Assembly (NCBI GenBank): GCA_040767325.1
Contig: JAXGOU010000008.1
Span: forward strand, 4,934-68,933
Direction of reading: 5' to 3'
DNA length: 64,000 bases
DNA from: Brooklawnia sp.
Lineage (GTDB): Bacteria > Actinomycetota > Actinomycetes > Propionibacteriales > Propionibacteriaceae
A program made the position numbers and the translations under genes. Of this stretch, positions 9,743 to 17,947 are shown piece by piece (the first letter of the stretch is position 1; every line of letters begins with the position of its first letter). Below the pieces are notes generated by a model that ran no database searches, was not told where the DNA came from, and saw only the letters and a list, made by a program, of their open reading frames with translations.

Positions 9743-10885
9743 TCAGAGCTTCTCGTACTGGCCGTTGCGGACGACGACCGGCAGGATCGGCACGTTGTTC
9801 GGGCGGCGGTCTGGCCCGAAGGTGAACTCACCGAACTGGACCGAGTCGAAGGGCTTGTTTTCGACAAACGCGTTGTAGATGCCCTCGCGAGTGGCGCCAC
9901 CGCGACGGGCAGCCTCGGCCAGCACATGCACCGCGTCATAGGCATACGCCGAGAAGGTGCTCGGGGCGTGGCCGTAGGTGGCCTCGAACTTCGCGTAGAA
10001 GTCGACCACGCGGGGTTCGGTGTTGCCGACCAGGAAGTTCTCGTTGATCACGGTGCCCTCGGCGGCCTCGCCGGCTGCCTCCAGGAACTGTGGGGTGTTC
10101 TGGCCGCCGTAGAAGTCGCCGGTGTAACCCAGTTCGCGCAGCTGGCGGACCACCCGGGCGCCGTCCGGGCCGTAGCCCAGGTGCACCACGGCGTCCGGCT
10201 GGTCGTCGCGGGCCTTGATCAGCACCGGGCGGTAGTCCTCGGAGTCGGGTTGGATGGCCGACTCGTAGACGATCTCCAGTCCGAGCTTGTCGGCCTCGGC
10301 CTTGAAGGCGTCGTAGGAGGTCTTGCCCCAGTCCGATTGCAGGTAGACCAGCGAGATCTTCTTGTGGTCCTTGGCGACCTGCTGGGCGCTCTGGGTCTGG
10401 TAGTAGGCCTGGGTCAGCGAGGTGGTCCACATCCGGTCGCCGCCCTCGGTGAACTTCGCGTTCGAGTTCGTGAAGCCGAACTGGACGAGCCCGGCCTGCT
10501 GGTAGGTGGCAGAGGCGGCCATGGACGCACCGGAGCTGAAGTCACCGAGTTCGGCGATGATCGACTCGTCGGCGACGAACTTCTGCGCGATGGGCACCGA
10601 TTGCTTCGGGTCGGATTGCGAGTCCTCCCACTTCAGGCCGACCGGGACGCCGTTGATGCCGCCGGCGGCGTTGATCTCCTCCAGGGCCAGGTCGAAGCCT
10701 TGCTTCCAGTACTCGCCGTATTCGGCGCTGGGGCCGGTGACCGGGCCGGAGACCCCGAAGTAGATCGTCTCGGGGGTTGCTGCGTCGGAGGGGGTGGCCT
10801 CGCCGGCGGACGAGGGGGTGCAGGCCGCCAGCAGGGTGGCGGCGGCCACTGCGGCCAGGGATATCTTCAGGGCGAATTTGGGCAT
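9743..10885 (-). CDS. LivJ/LivK-type ABC substrate-binding lipoprotein
   Basis: Lipobox LLAAC; EEINAAGGING, ELGDFSS, AYAYDAV. Confidence 0.9.
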   Translation of the reverse strand: MPKFALKISLAAVAAATLLAACTPSSAGEATPSDAATPETIYFGVSGPVTGPSAEYGEYWKQGFDLALEEINAAGGINGVPVGLKWEDSQSDPKQSVPIAQKFVADESIIAELGDFSSGASMAASATYQQAGLVQFGFTNSNAKFTEGGDRMWTTSLTQAYYQTQSAQQVAKDHKKISLVYLQSDWGKTSYDAFKAEADKLGLEIVYESAIQPDSEDYRPVLIKARDDQPDAVVHLGYGPDGARVVRQLRELGYTGDFYGGQNTPQFLEAAGEAAEGTVINENFLVGNTEPRVVDFYAKFEATYGHAPSTFSAYAYDAVHVLAEAARRGGATREGIYNAFVENKPFDSVQFGEFTFGPDRRPNNVPILPVVVRNGQYEKL

Positions 10886-10921
10886 GATTGTTCCTCAATG
10901 TGGGCATGGTGAATGCGGTGT

Positions 10922-11055
10922 TGTGCCGTTAAAATGGCAGGCCAATTCCTTCTGGGTGATTCGGGAATTGGTTTCTCGATTCCGCGATATCGGTTTCGAG
11001 AGGGGTCCTCAGGTCAGGACGCGGCAGTCCACGCCCAATCCGGGCGGCGGATCTG
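10922..11055 (-). promoter_or_regulatory. Structured 5' leader with serial hairpins, candidate attenuator
   Basis: Stems CCAATTCC/GGAATTGG (10942-10971), TCTCGA/TCGAGA (10974-11001), GTCCT/AGGAC (11005-11020). Confidence 0.55.
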
Positions 11056-11083
11056 CGAAGGGCCTACTGGTCAGATGTGACGG

Positions 11084-11161
11084 TCAGCACCAACAGGGAC
11101 AGCAACAACAAGCAGCGCGGCGCGGCGAGACCATCAAGGTCAGGGTCGCAGTCTGGTGCAT
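11084..11161 (-). CDS. Poly-cysteine leader peptide MHQTATLTLMVSPRRAACCCCPCWC (25 aa)
   Basis: Manual translation; GGGAG RBS; 6 Cys in the last 8 codons; lies between promoter and ABC operon. Confidence 0.85.
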   Translation of the reverse strand: MHQTATLTLMVSPRRAACCCCPCWC

Positions 11162-11192
11162 GTCGGCTCCCGTTGGTCGGTTAACTGTGACG

Positions 11193-11227
11193 AACATATT
11201 GGCGGGATTGGATGATGTCAATCCAAT
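11193..11227 (-). promoter_or_regulatory. Primary-sigma promoter TTGACA-N17-TATGTT with overlapping palindrome ATTGGAT-N7-ATCCAAT
   Basis: -35 at 11216-11221, -10 at 11193-11198, palindrome 11207-11227. Confidence 0.75.
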
Positions 11228-11239
11228 TCCACTATGTGG

Positions 11240-12166
11240 TCAAACAATTCTTTCGACCCCTGCACTGGAGCTCAGGCAGTACAGCTGATCTGCGGCCCAG
11301 ACAAGCGATCCCGGACCGATTGGAGTGGTCGCGACCTGCTGGCTGGCTTCGGTGAGGACGTCCCAGAGGTGGACCCCGCCGCTCCGGGCGTCCCGGATGG
11401 CCAACACGCTGGTGCCCGGCCGCCAGACCAACCCGGACGCGACGACAGCGTGCGCGAAGGTCAGGTGGTGGGTCATCGTGGCGGCGGCGAAGACGTCAAC
11501 TTTGCGCGCCGGGTCGGTGCTGGACGCGGCGAGCCAGCGGCCGTCCGGGCTCCAGGCCACGTCCCGGCCCTGCGGCGGGCAGTCGTCCAGCACGGCGATC
11601 CGCTGCAGCGACGTCGTGTCGTGCACCGCCGGCGACCAGCCCAGGTTGACGATCGCCAGCCGCGAACCGTCGGGGGAGAAGCCGACCCGGAAGGGGGTGC
11701 GTCCGGTCTCGATCACGCCCACGGGCGCTCCGTCGGGCATCGACCACAACCGGACGCGGCCGTCCGGCCCCGCCGAGGCCAGCCGTGAACCGTCGGGGGA
11801 GAAGGCCAATCCGGTGACCCCGATCTCCGGCCCCGCCGAGGCTGGCGACTCGTGGCCGGCCAACCGGGCCATCGGCTCCAGCGACTCGGCGTCCAGCACG
11901 GTGATCGCCCCACCCGGTGCGCTGGCCGCCAGCATGCCTCCAGCCGGCGACCAGGCCAGGGCGGCATTATTGTGCGCCAGCGCGTCGATCAGGGTCCGAC
12001 TGAGCTGCTCCAACGTTCGCGCATCGGTCAGGCACAGGGAATCGCCAGCCAGATGGGCGAGCACCCGCCCGTCCGGTGAACAGGTCAGCGATCCCGGCCG
12101 GATCAGAGACTGCCGGGCGGAAGGTTCCGGGACGTCGATGCGTCCCGGCTCATCGGACTGGGACAC
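11240..12166 (-). CDS. WD40/beta-propeller repeat protein
   Basis: Repeated (W/F)SPDG..LAS, LAGH, VRLW, VHLWD; overlaps the effector stop by 17 nt. Confidence 0.85.
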   Translation of the reverse strand: MSQSDEPGRIDVPEPSARQSLIRPGSLTCSPDGRVLAHLAGDSLCLTDARTLEQLSRTLIDALAHNNAALAWSPAGGMLAASAPGGAITVLDAESLEPMARLAGHESPASAGPEIGVTGLAFSPDGSRLASAGPDGRVRLWSMPDGAPVGVIETGRTPFRVGFSPDGSRLAIVNLGWSPAVHDTTSLQRIAVLDDCPPQGRDVAWSPDGRWLAASSTDPARKVDVFAAATMTHHLTFAHAVVASGLVWRPGTSVLAIRDARSGGVHLWDVLTEASQQVATTPIGPGSLVWAADQLYCLSSSAGVERIV

Positions 12167-13217
12167 CGGCCTGCTTCATCCGCTCCTGGAAGGTCTGGTA
12201 GCTCATCCCGGCGCCCTGCTCGCGTCCGGCAGTGCGTGCGTCGACCTCGACCGGCTGCGCGTGGTACTTCGGCCAGTCGGGATCGGGACCGATGTACTTG
12301 CGTTTGGACATCTCGTCGACCTCGTCGATGTTGGTCCCGTACTTTGCGAACGGATCGGCCTGCGCACCGCTACGAATGGCTGCGCGGGTGGCGGGATCCA
12401 TGCCCTCGTACTCGGCCTTCATCTTGTCCTGCAGCGCGTGTCGCATCTCGTGGACCGCGGTGTGCATCAGGGAAGGATCGTTCAGGAACGCCTCGTTCAG
12501 GGTGACGCCCTCGCCGTTCCAGGAGCCGAAGGCACCATTCGGGTCGTTCTCCCAGGTCACCGACGTGTTGGGGTCCATGCCATTGGCGATGGCCTGCTGC
12601 CGGACGATCTCCTCCAGCACCGCACGGCGTTCTTCCGGCGACATCTTCGCCCACTGCTCGCGAATCGCCGGATCGACGATGCCACGGTCGGGATTGTCGA
12701 TGTTGGACAGCGGTTGGGTATCGGGCAGCTTCTCCACCAGGAAGCCGCTGTAGGCATTGTTGATGGCGGTCTCTGCAGTGTTCTGCATCGTCACCAGCTT
12801 GGACCGGGTATTCACCAGGATCGAGAAGATCTTGGGCACCATCGTGTCCCAGCCGGACTTTGCCAGCACGTCCATGATCGCCGTCTCGGCGGTGGCCGCC
12901 AGCGTGTCCATGCTGGTCACGCAGGTCTGCAGCGCGGTTGCCGAGGCGGCGTGCGCGTTGTAGAACCCTGACGAGGCCCGCGACAGGGCGTCCACCGCAT
13001 AGCGAGCGGAACTGGGGCCGGTCATCCGGGTGACGAAGGCGTCGGCACCCTTGCCCTTGTTGCGGTTCTTGATGATGTTGATCGCGGCATCCATCTCGCC
13101 GAGACCCTGGGCCGTGCTGGTGACCGCGGTCTGCCAGTCGGCAGCGCGGGTGGTGAGTTCTCCAGGGTCCACCATCGGCCGGATGACTCGGCAGTAGTCG
13201 TAGATCCAGCTGGCCAT
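12150..13217 (-). CDS. Putative T7SS effector: WXG100-like N-terminus plus HExxH gluzincin metallopeptidase domain
   Basis: DPGELTTRAADW and NKGKGADAF (WxG-like turn); VHEMRHALQ and downstream QPVEVDAR; TGATG coupling. Confidence 0.7.
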   Translation of the reverse strand: MASWIYDYCRVIRPMVDPGELTTRAADWQTAVTSTAQGLGEMDAAINIIKNRNKGKGADAFVTRMTGPSSARYAVDALSRASSGFYNAHAASATALQTCVTSMDTLAATAETAIMDVLAKSGWDTMVPKIFSILVNTRSKLVTMQNTAETAINNAYSGFLVEKLPDTQPLSNIDNPDRGIVDPAIREQWAKMSPEERRAVLEEIVRQQAIANGMDPNTSVTWENDPNGAFGSWNGEGVTLNEAFLNDPSLMHTAVHEMRHALQDKMKAEYEGMDPATRAAIRSGAQADPFAKYGTNIDEVDEMSKRKYIGPDPDWPKYHAQPVEVDARTAGREQGAGMSYQTFQERMKQAGVPVR

Positions 13218-13546
13218 CACTGGGCCCTCTCAATCAATCGACCGACCGCCTTGGCCTGCTCGGCGGTGTCCCGGTTGGTGGCGCGGTAGTCCGCGGCCGT
13301 CTTGCGCGCTGCTGTCGCCTCATCCGCCATCCGTTTGCCCACGGTGATCAGCAGGGCCGCGATCTCATTGTTGCGCGGGTAGATGCCGGCCTTGTGCACC
13401 GCCTGGTCCACCGGACTGGCCGATACGAAGTCGAGTGGGGTGCGCTGCACGACCGGCCGGACCTGGTTGTTGACGGTGGTGCGCAGCGCCTCGATCTTGC
13501 CTGCGGCCTCGTCCCAAGATGCGGGGTCGAAGACGTCGGTACCCAT
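13217..13546 (-). CDS. Small helical WXG100/EspC-like protein (109 aa)
   Basis: Size, helical composition, FDPASW start, C-terminal ARKTAADYRATNRD resembling the YxxxD/E signal; context. Confidence 0.55.
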   Translation of the reverse strand: MGTDVFDPASWDEAAGKIEALRTTVNNQVRPVVQRTPLDFVSASPVDQAVHKAGIYPRNNEIAALLITVGKRMADEATAARKTAADYRATNRDTAEQAKAVGRLIERAQ

Positions 13547-14088
13547 CAGTAGGCCCTCCTGTCTGTGCGGTTGGGGGTGTCAAGTGCTTCAAGGAAGGGA
13601 GTGTGCTGGGCCTCGAACGCCTTGCTGGTGGCCTGGATGACGTCAGCAGCCAGCCGGTCGGCCATCTCGAGGTCGATCAGCGCCCGGGCGACGCGAATGG
13701 CCACCACCTGGTCACCCGCCACGACTGCGGTGAGCTGATGGTCGGTTGACGAGCCGATGGTCTCGGGCTCGGGGTCGCTTCGCGTCCCGGATTCGGTCGG
13801 GGGGTTGCTGAGCACATCGTGCAGCCGGGCGAGGCTTGGTTCGTCGGCGCGCCGGGCCGAGGCGAACTCCAGCAACTGGTCACGCACGGTGGCCACTTGG
13901 CTGCCTCGAGCGGCGTTGATGGCCTCCCGCAGCGCGGACTCCAGCTTGTGCGGCGCATTCGCGTCCAGCAACTCGGGATCGATCTCCAGTGCCGTCGGAT
14001 TCAGCCCGGTCACGGTCGCAGTCACCAGTCCGTCGGACGACTGCGCCCGGCTGGTGAGTGACTCGTCAGCGAAGAACTCGGCGGACAT
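13546..14088 (-). CDS. Tandem YbaB/EbfC-like domain protein
   Basis: Two repeats: SSDGLVTATVTG..LEIDPELL..LESALREAINAA and SSTDHQLTAVVAG..IRVARAL..LAADVIQATSKA. Confidence 0.7.
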   Translation of the reverse strand: MSAEFFADESLTSRAQSSDGLVTATVTGLNPTALEIDPELLDANAPHKLESALREAINAARGSQVATVRDQLLEFASARRADEPSLARLHDVLSNPPTESGTRSDPEPETIGSSTDHQLTAVVAGDQVVAIRVARALIDLEMADRLAADVIQATSKAFEAQHTPFLEALDTPNRTDRRAY

Positions 14089-14582
14089 CAGGACGTCTCC
14101 AGCAGGAAGGCGGCGGTGGTGCCGTCGTCGCAGGTGTGCATGTCCAGCGTCTGGCCGCCCATCGGGCGGGCCTCCTGGGTTATTGATCGCCGCTCAGTAA
14201 GGTCGAGGACGTCGTATTCGTCCCGGATGCGCAGCACCCGCCATGGCCGGGCCGGTGTGCCGTCGCCGGAGTCGAGGATGGTGCGCAACGCGATCTGGGC
14301 CGCGGTGAGTTCCAGTTCGGCTAGGCCGGACTCGCCCAGCCGTTGGTGCGCGGTGCTCAGCATGCCGTGGATACCGGGGCTGAGGAACAAGCCGGGCATC
14401 TCGGCATGGATCGCGTCCACGACGGCCCTGGGCTGGCCCGCATTGACCAGGGGTGCCAGTCGTTGGTCGATCCTGGTGTAGGGGTCGAAGGTGATGTCGG
14501 ACGTGATGGCGCGCTTGAGGTCGGCCAGCTTGTCCGGGGATGGGTCGCCGAAGTAGGCGTCCACCAACTCCTTGAAATCCAT
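14088..14582 (-). CDS. DUF4919-like protein
   Basis: ILDSGDGTPARPWRVLRIRDEYDVL motif; GGAGG RBS; TGATG overlap with next gene. Confidence 0.7.
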   Translation of the reverse strand: MDFKELVDAYFGDPSPDKLADLKRAITSDITFDPYTRIDQRLAPLVNAGQPRAVVDAIHAEMPGLFLSPGIHGMLSTAHQRLGESGLAELELTAAQIALRTILDSGDGTPARPWRVLRIRDEYDVLDLTERRSITQEARPMGGQTLDMHTCDDGTTAAFLLETS

Positions 14583-14713
14583 GCGTCCTCCACCTTTGGC
14601 TGCACTGGTCGTGATGGGCAGAAAGCTAACACCGGGGCGGGCCGTGCAGGGCTCGCACTGACGCTCTCGAGGCGGGATTGAGCAGCAAAGTGAGTACCCG
14701 GACTCAGGTCGCC

Positions 14714-15328
14714 TCAGCCCCGGACGACATCGGCGAAAGCTGTCGCGACCAGCCGCTCCGCATCCCCGAGAGCGTCGGGTTGGAACCGCAGGCCCCAGGC
14801 ACCGCCCAGCCGGAAGGCGAGGTTGGCCTGATTGGTGGACCTGGCCAACTCGGTAGATCCGACCGGCAGGTCTTCGATGGCGTCCTTGCCCGCGACGGTC
14901 AGGGTGGCTGCGCCGGAGGCACTGAGCGCCCCCACGATCGGGTCGCTGGTGGCCGCGTCCAGCCAGATGACGTCCACGCTGCCCGCTCCCGCCTCGGCGG
15001 GCTGGTCGGCCGGCAGGCGCCCGCCCAGGGCGTGGGCGACGATCTGGTGACCGAGGCCAACGCCCAGGATGGGGATCTCGATGCTCTGGGCGTCTGCGAT
15101 CAGGTCACCCAGCGGATCCAGCCAGCGATGCTCTGCCCGGTCAGCGGCGGTCATCGGGCCGTCCAGCACCAGCAGGCCGTCACCGATCGACGCCAACGAT
15201 GGCACGTCCTTCTCCCACAGGCCGACCACGCTGAGCCGGACGCCGGCCTGGCGCAGCCAGTCGTCCATCCGCCCCAAGGCGTTGCGCGGGTGGAGTTGCA
15301 GGACGGTGATGCGTGGTTGCTTGGCCAT
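14714..15328 (-). CDS. Type 1 glutamine amidotransferase-like protein with degenerate catalytic triad
   Basis: PILGVGLGHQ (Cys to Gly) and GLRFQPD (QFHPE altered). Confidence 0.75.
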   Translation of the reverse strand: MAKQPRITVLQLHPRNALGRMDDWLRQAGVRLSVVGLWEKDVPSLASIGDGLLVLDGPMTAADRAEHRWLDPLGDLIADAQSIEIPILGVGLGHQIVAHALGGRLPADQPAEAGAGSVDVIWLDAATSDPIVGALSASGAATLTVAGKDAIEDLPVGSTELARSTNQANLAFRLGGAWGLRFQPDALGDAERLVATAFADVVRG

Positions 15329-15424
15329 GGCGTTCACAGTAGTGGCGAACGACTGAAAACTGTCGTCGCTGGGTGCCACCCTTGAATCCTGCGAGACCAA
15401 CAGCACGACAAGGAGTGATCGACC

Positions 15425-15814
15425 ATGGCACGTCCCATCCATTTCGAAATCCACTGCGACGACGTCGGGCGCGCCAAGGACTTCTACGCGGCCGCATTCG
15501 GCTGGGAGTTCCAGGACTGGAGCGACTTCGCGGGTATGCCGTACTTCGGGGTGGTGTCCGGCCCGGATGATCAGCCCGGCATCAACGGTGCCCTGATGGC
15601 CCGGATGCCCGGCCAGCAGGTCGGCGGGGTGAATGGGGCGGTGCTGACCATGGGCTCAGCTGACTACGACGCCGACCACGACAGGATCATCGCGGCCGGC
15701 GGCCAGGTGGCGCTGCCCAAGGCGGCGCTGCCGGGGATGGCCTGGCAGGGCTACTACCTGGACACCGAGGGCAACGTCTTCGGCATCCACCAGCCGGACA
15801 AGAACGCGTCCTGA
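15425..15814 (+). CDS. VOC/glyoxalase family protein
   Basis: HFEI..DD..RAKDFY..FGW, GINGAL, DTEGNVFG; AAGGAG RBS. Confidence 0.9.
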   Translation: MARPIHFEIHCDDVGRAKDFYAAAFGWEFQDWSDFAGMPYFGVVSGPDDQPGINGALMARMPGQQVGGVNGAVLTMGSADYDADHDRIIAAGGQVALPKAALPGMAWQGYYLDTEGNVFGIHQPDKNAS

Positions 15815-15823
15815 GAAAACGAA

Positions 15824-15854
15824 GGCGCCCGGCCCCGCAGTGGGACCGGGCGCC
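15824..15854. terminator. GC hairpin between convergent genes
   Basis: GGCGCCCGG ... CCGGGCGCC stem. Confidence 0.7.
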
Positions 15855-15870
15855 AGCCCTGACTACAGGG

Positions 15871-17319
15871 TCAGTTCGTCACTGCGACGCGCAGCTTGGC
15901 GCCGAGGTCGGCGTCCACGCTGGCCCAGTACTTGAAGAAGTTCTCCAGCACGGTGTCGTTGGCAATCGCCTTGCCCTGCCCGGTGAGGGTGGCCAGGAAG
16001 CGCTCCCGGTCGCCGTCGTCGAAGACCTCGCGGTACAGGGTGCCCGGCTGGCCGAAGTCATCGTCCTCGGCGTGCAGGTTGTAGGCCTGGCGCACCATCT
16101 CGCCGTCGGCCTCCCAGCCGTTGTCGATCGGGCCTTCCTGGTCCGACCAGGAGTCACCGAACGAGTTCGGCACGTAGGTGCTGGCGGCGCCCCGGTGCTC
16201 GAAGGTCATGTTGCCGTCGAAGTTGTAGCTGTGCACCTCGTTGATCGGCGCGTTGACCGGCAACTGCTGGAAGTTGGTGCCGATGCGGTAGCGCTGCGCG
16301 TCGGCGTAGGCGAAGTTGCGGCCCAGCAGCATCTTGTCGGGGGAGTTGCCGGTGCCCGGCACCATGTTCGCCGGCGAGAAGGCAGCCTGCTCGATCTGGG
16401 CGAAGTGGTTGGTCGGGTTCTCGTTCAGGGTCAGCGTGCCGACCTTGATCCGCGGGTAGTCCTTCTTCGACCAGGTCTTGGTGAGGTCGAACGGGTTGAA
16501 CCGGTAGTTGCGGGCCTCGGCGTAGGGCATCACCTGGACGTAGAGGTCCCACTTCGGGAACTCACCGCGGGCGATCGCGTCGAACAGGTCGCGACGGTGG
16601 TATTCGGCGTCCGACCCGGCCAGCGCCTCGGCCTCGGCCGCGCCCAGGTTCTCCACGCCCTGCTGCGAGATGAAGTGGTACTTCACCCAGTACCGCTCGC
16701 CGGCCTCGTTCACCCACATGTAGGTGTGCGAGGAGTAGCCGTTCATGGTGCGCCAGCTCTTCGGCAGGCCGCGGTCACCCATCAGGTAGGTGACCTGGTG
16801 CGCGGACTCCGGGTTCTGCGTCCAGAAATCCCACTGCATCGTGGCGTCGCGCAGCCCCGAGTCGGGCAGGCGCTTCTGGGAGCGGATGAAGTGGGGGAAC
16901 TTCATCGGATCACGCAGGAAGAAGACGGGGGTGTTGTTGCCGACCAGGTCGAAGTTGCCCTCGGTGGTGTAGAACTTCAGCGCGAAGCCGCGGACGTCAC
17001 GCCAGGTGTCGGGGGAGCCGAGCTCACCGGCGACGGTCGAGAAGCGGTGCAGCACGCGGGTCTTGACGCCCGGCTGGAAGAGGGCGGCCTTGGTGTACTG
17101 CGAGACGTCCTCGGTGGTCTCGAACTCGCCGAAGGCGCCGGAGCCCTTCGCGTGCGGGCGACGCTCGGGCACGTTCATCCGGTTGAAGTGAGCGAGGGTC
17201 TCGACGAGATGGTGGTCGTGCAGCAGGATCGGGCCGTTCGGGCCGATCGTCAGCGAGTTGCGGTCGCTGACTGCTGGGATGCCGGCCTGGGTGGTCGAAC
17301 CGGTGGAATGGTCAGTCAT
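15871..17319 (-). CDS. katA: Monofunctional small-subunit heme catalase
   Basis: [45 protein letters not shown]. Confidence 0.95.
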   Translation of the reverse strand: MTDHSTGSTTQAGIPAVSDRNSLTIGPNGPILLHDHHLVETLAHFNRMNVPERRPHAKGSGAFGEFETTEDVSQYTKAALFQPGVKTRVLHRFSTVAGELGSPDTWRDVRGFALKFYTTEGNFDLVGNNTPVFFLRDPMKFPHFIRSQKRLPDSGLRDATMQWDFWTQNPESAHQVTYLMGDRGLPKSWRTMNGYSSHTYMWVNEAGERYWVKYHFISQQGVENLGAAEAEALAGSDAEYHRRDLFDAIARGEFPKWDLYVQVMPYAEARNYRFNPFDLTKTWSKKDYPRIKVGTLTLNENPTNHFAQIEQAAFSPANMVPGTGNSPDKMLLGRNFAYADAQRYRIGTNFQQLPVNAPINEVHSYNFDGNMTFEHRGAASTYVPNSFGDSWSDQEGPIDNGWEADGEMVRQAYNLHAEDDDFGQPGTLYREVFDDGDRERFLATLTGQGKAIANDTVLENFFKYWASVDADLGAKLRVAVTN

Positions 17320-17792
17320 ACGGTGACTCCTGTCTGGTTGGTGTTTTCGGTGGTGTCTGGCAAATCTCGGCAGTTACGGCACAGGCCGCGATAGAGCACG
17401 TCGGCGATCTCGACCAGGATCCCGTGGTTGTCCACTGGGGTCAGGCAGGGCGAGTCGCCCACGGCACAGGGCACATCGGCCACGGCGCCGCACCGGGTAC
17501 ACACGGCGTGGTGGTGGTTGTCGCCGTGGTCCAGTTCGTACAGTCCCGGCTGGTGGGGCAGTTCCAGGCTGCGTACCAGCCGGCGGCTGCCCAGGTCGGC
17601 GAGCACGTTGTACACCGACTGGACGCTGAGGGTAGCCGGACGCGGCTGCGCCAGTTCAACGATCCGTTCGGCGCTGCTGTGTGGGTGGCGGCTCAGCGTG
17701 CGCAGCACAGCGAGTCTCGGCTGGGTGGCCTTGAGGCCGTTCGCATGCAGTGTGGCTGCCCAATCGGGCTCCTGCACTGCGACGTCGCTCAT
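17316..17792 (-). CDS. furA: Fur-family peroxide-responsive regulator
   Basis: [27 protein letters not shown]; coupled to catalase. Confidence 0.85.
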   Translation of the reverse strand: MSDVAVQEPDWAATLHANGLKATQPRLAVLRTLSRHPHSSAERIVELAQPRPATLSVQSVYNVLADLGSRRLVRSLELPHQPGLYELDHGDNHHHAVCTRCGAVADVPCAVGDSPCLTPVDNHGILVEIADVLYRGLCRNCRDLPDTTENTNQTGVTV

Positions 17793-17798
17793 GCCTCG

Positions 17799-17829
17799 AG
17801 GCTAACACAATTTTGAGTAATTCAAAGTT
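17799..17829 (-). promoter_or_regulatory. Extended -10 (TGTTAGCCT) with AT-rich Fur-type inverted repeat
   Basis: TTTGA-GTAAT-TCAAA at 17812-17826 upstream of a probable leaderless ATG. Confidence 0.65.
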
Positions 17830-17947
17830 AATCGGACGAAGTGCCTCCTAGGTCTGGTGGGGGAGGGCACCCTGGTGCACCCGGCTCAGGGCCGGCCCCG
17901 ACCCTGGTCTGATGAGGCAAAGGGGCTGGATCTTCTAGGCTGGTGCC

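Noticed and set aside
11325-12971. Long plus-strand ORF of 548 aa, and similar ones at 16072-17394, 57344-58951 and 61024-62928
   Set aside because: Antisense shadows of well-supported genes, expected in high-GC DNA
17909-17916. Hammerhead ribozyme core CTGATGAG
   Set aside because: No stem II followed by GAAA and no supporting helices
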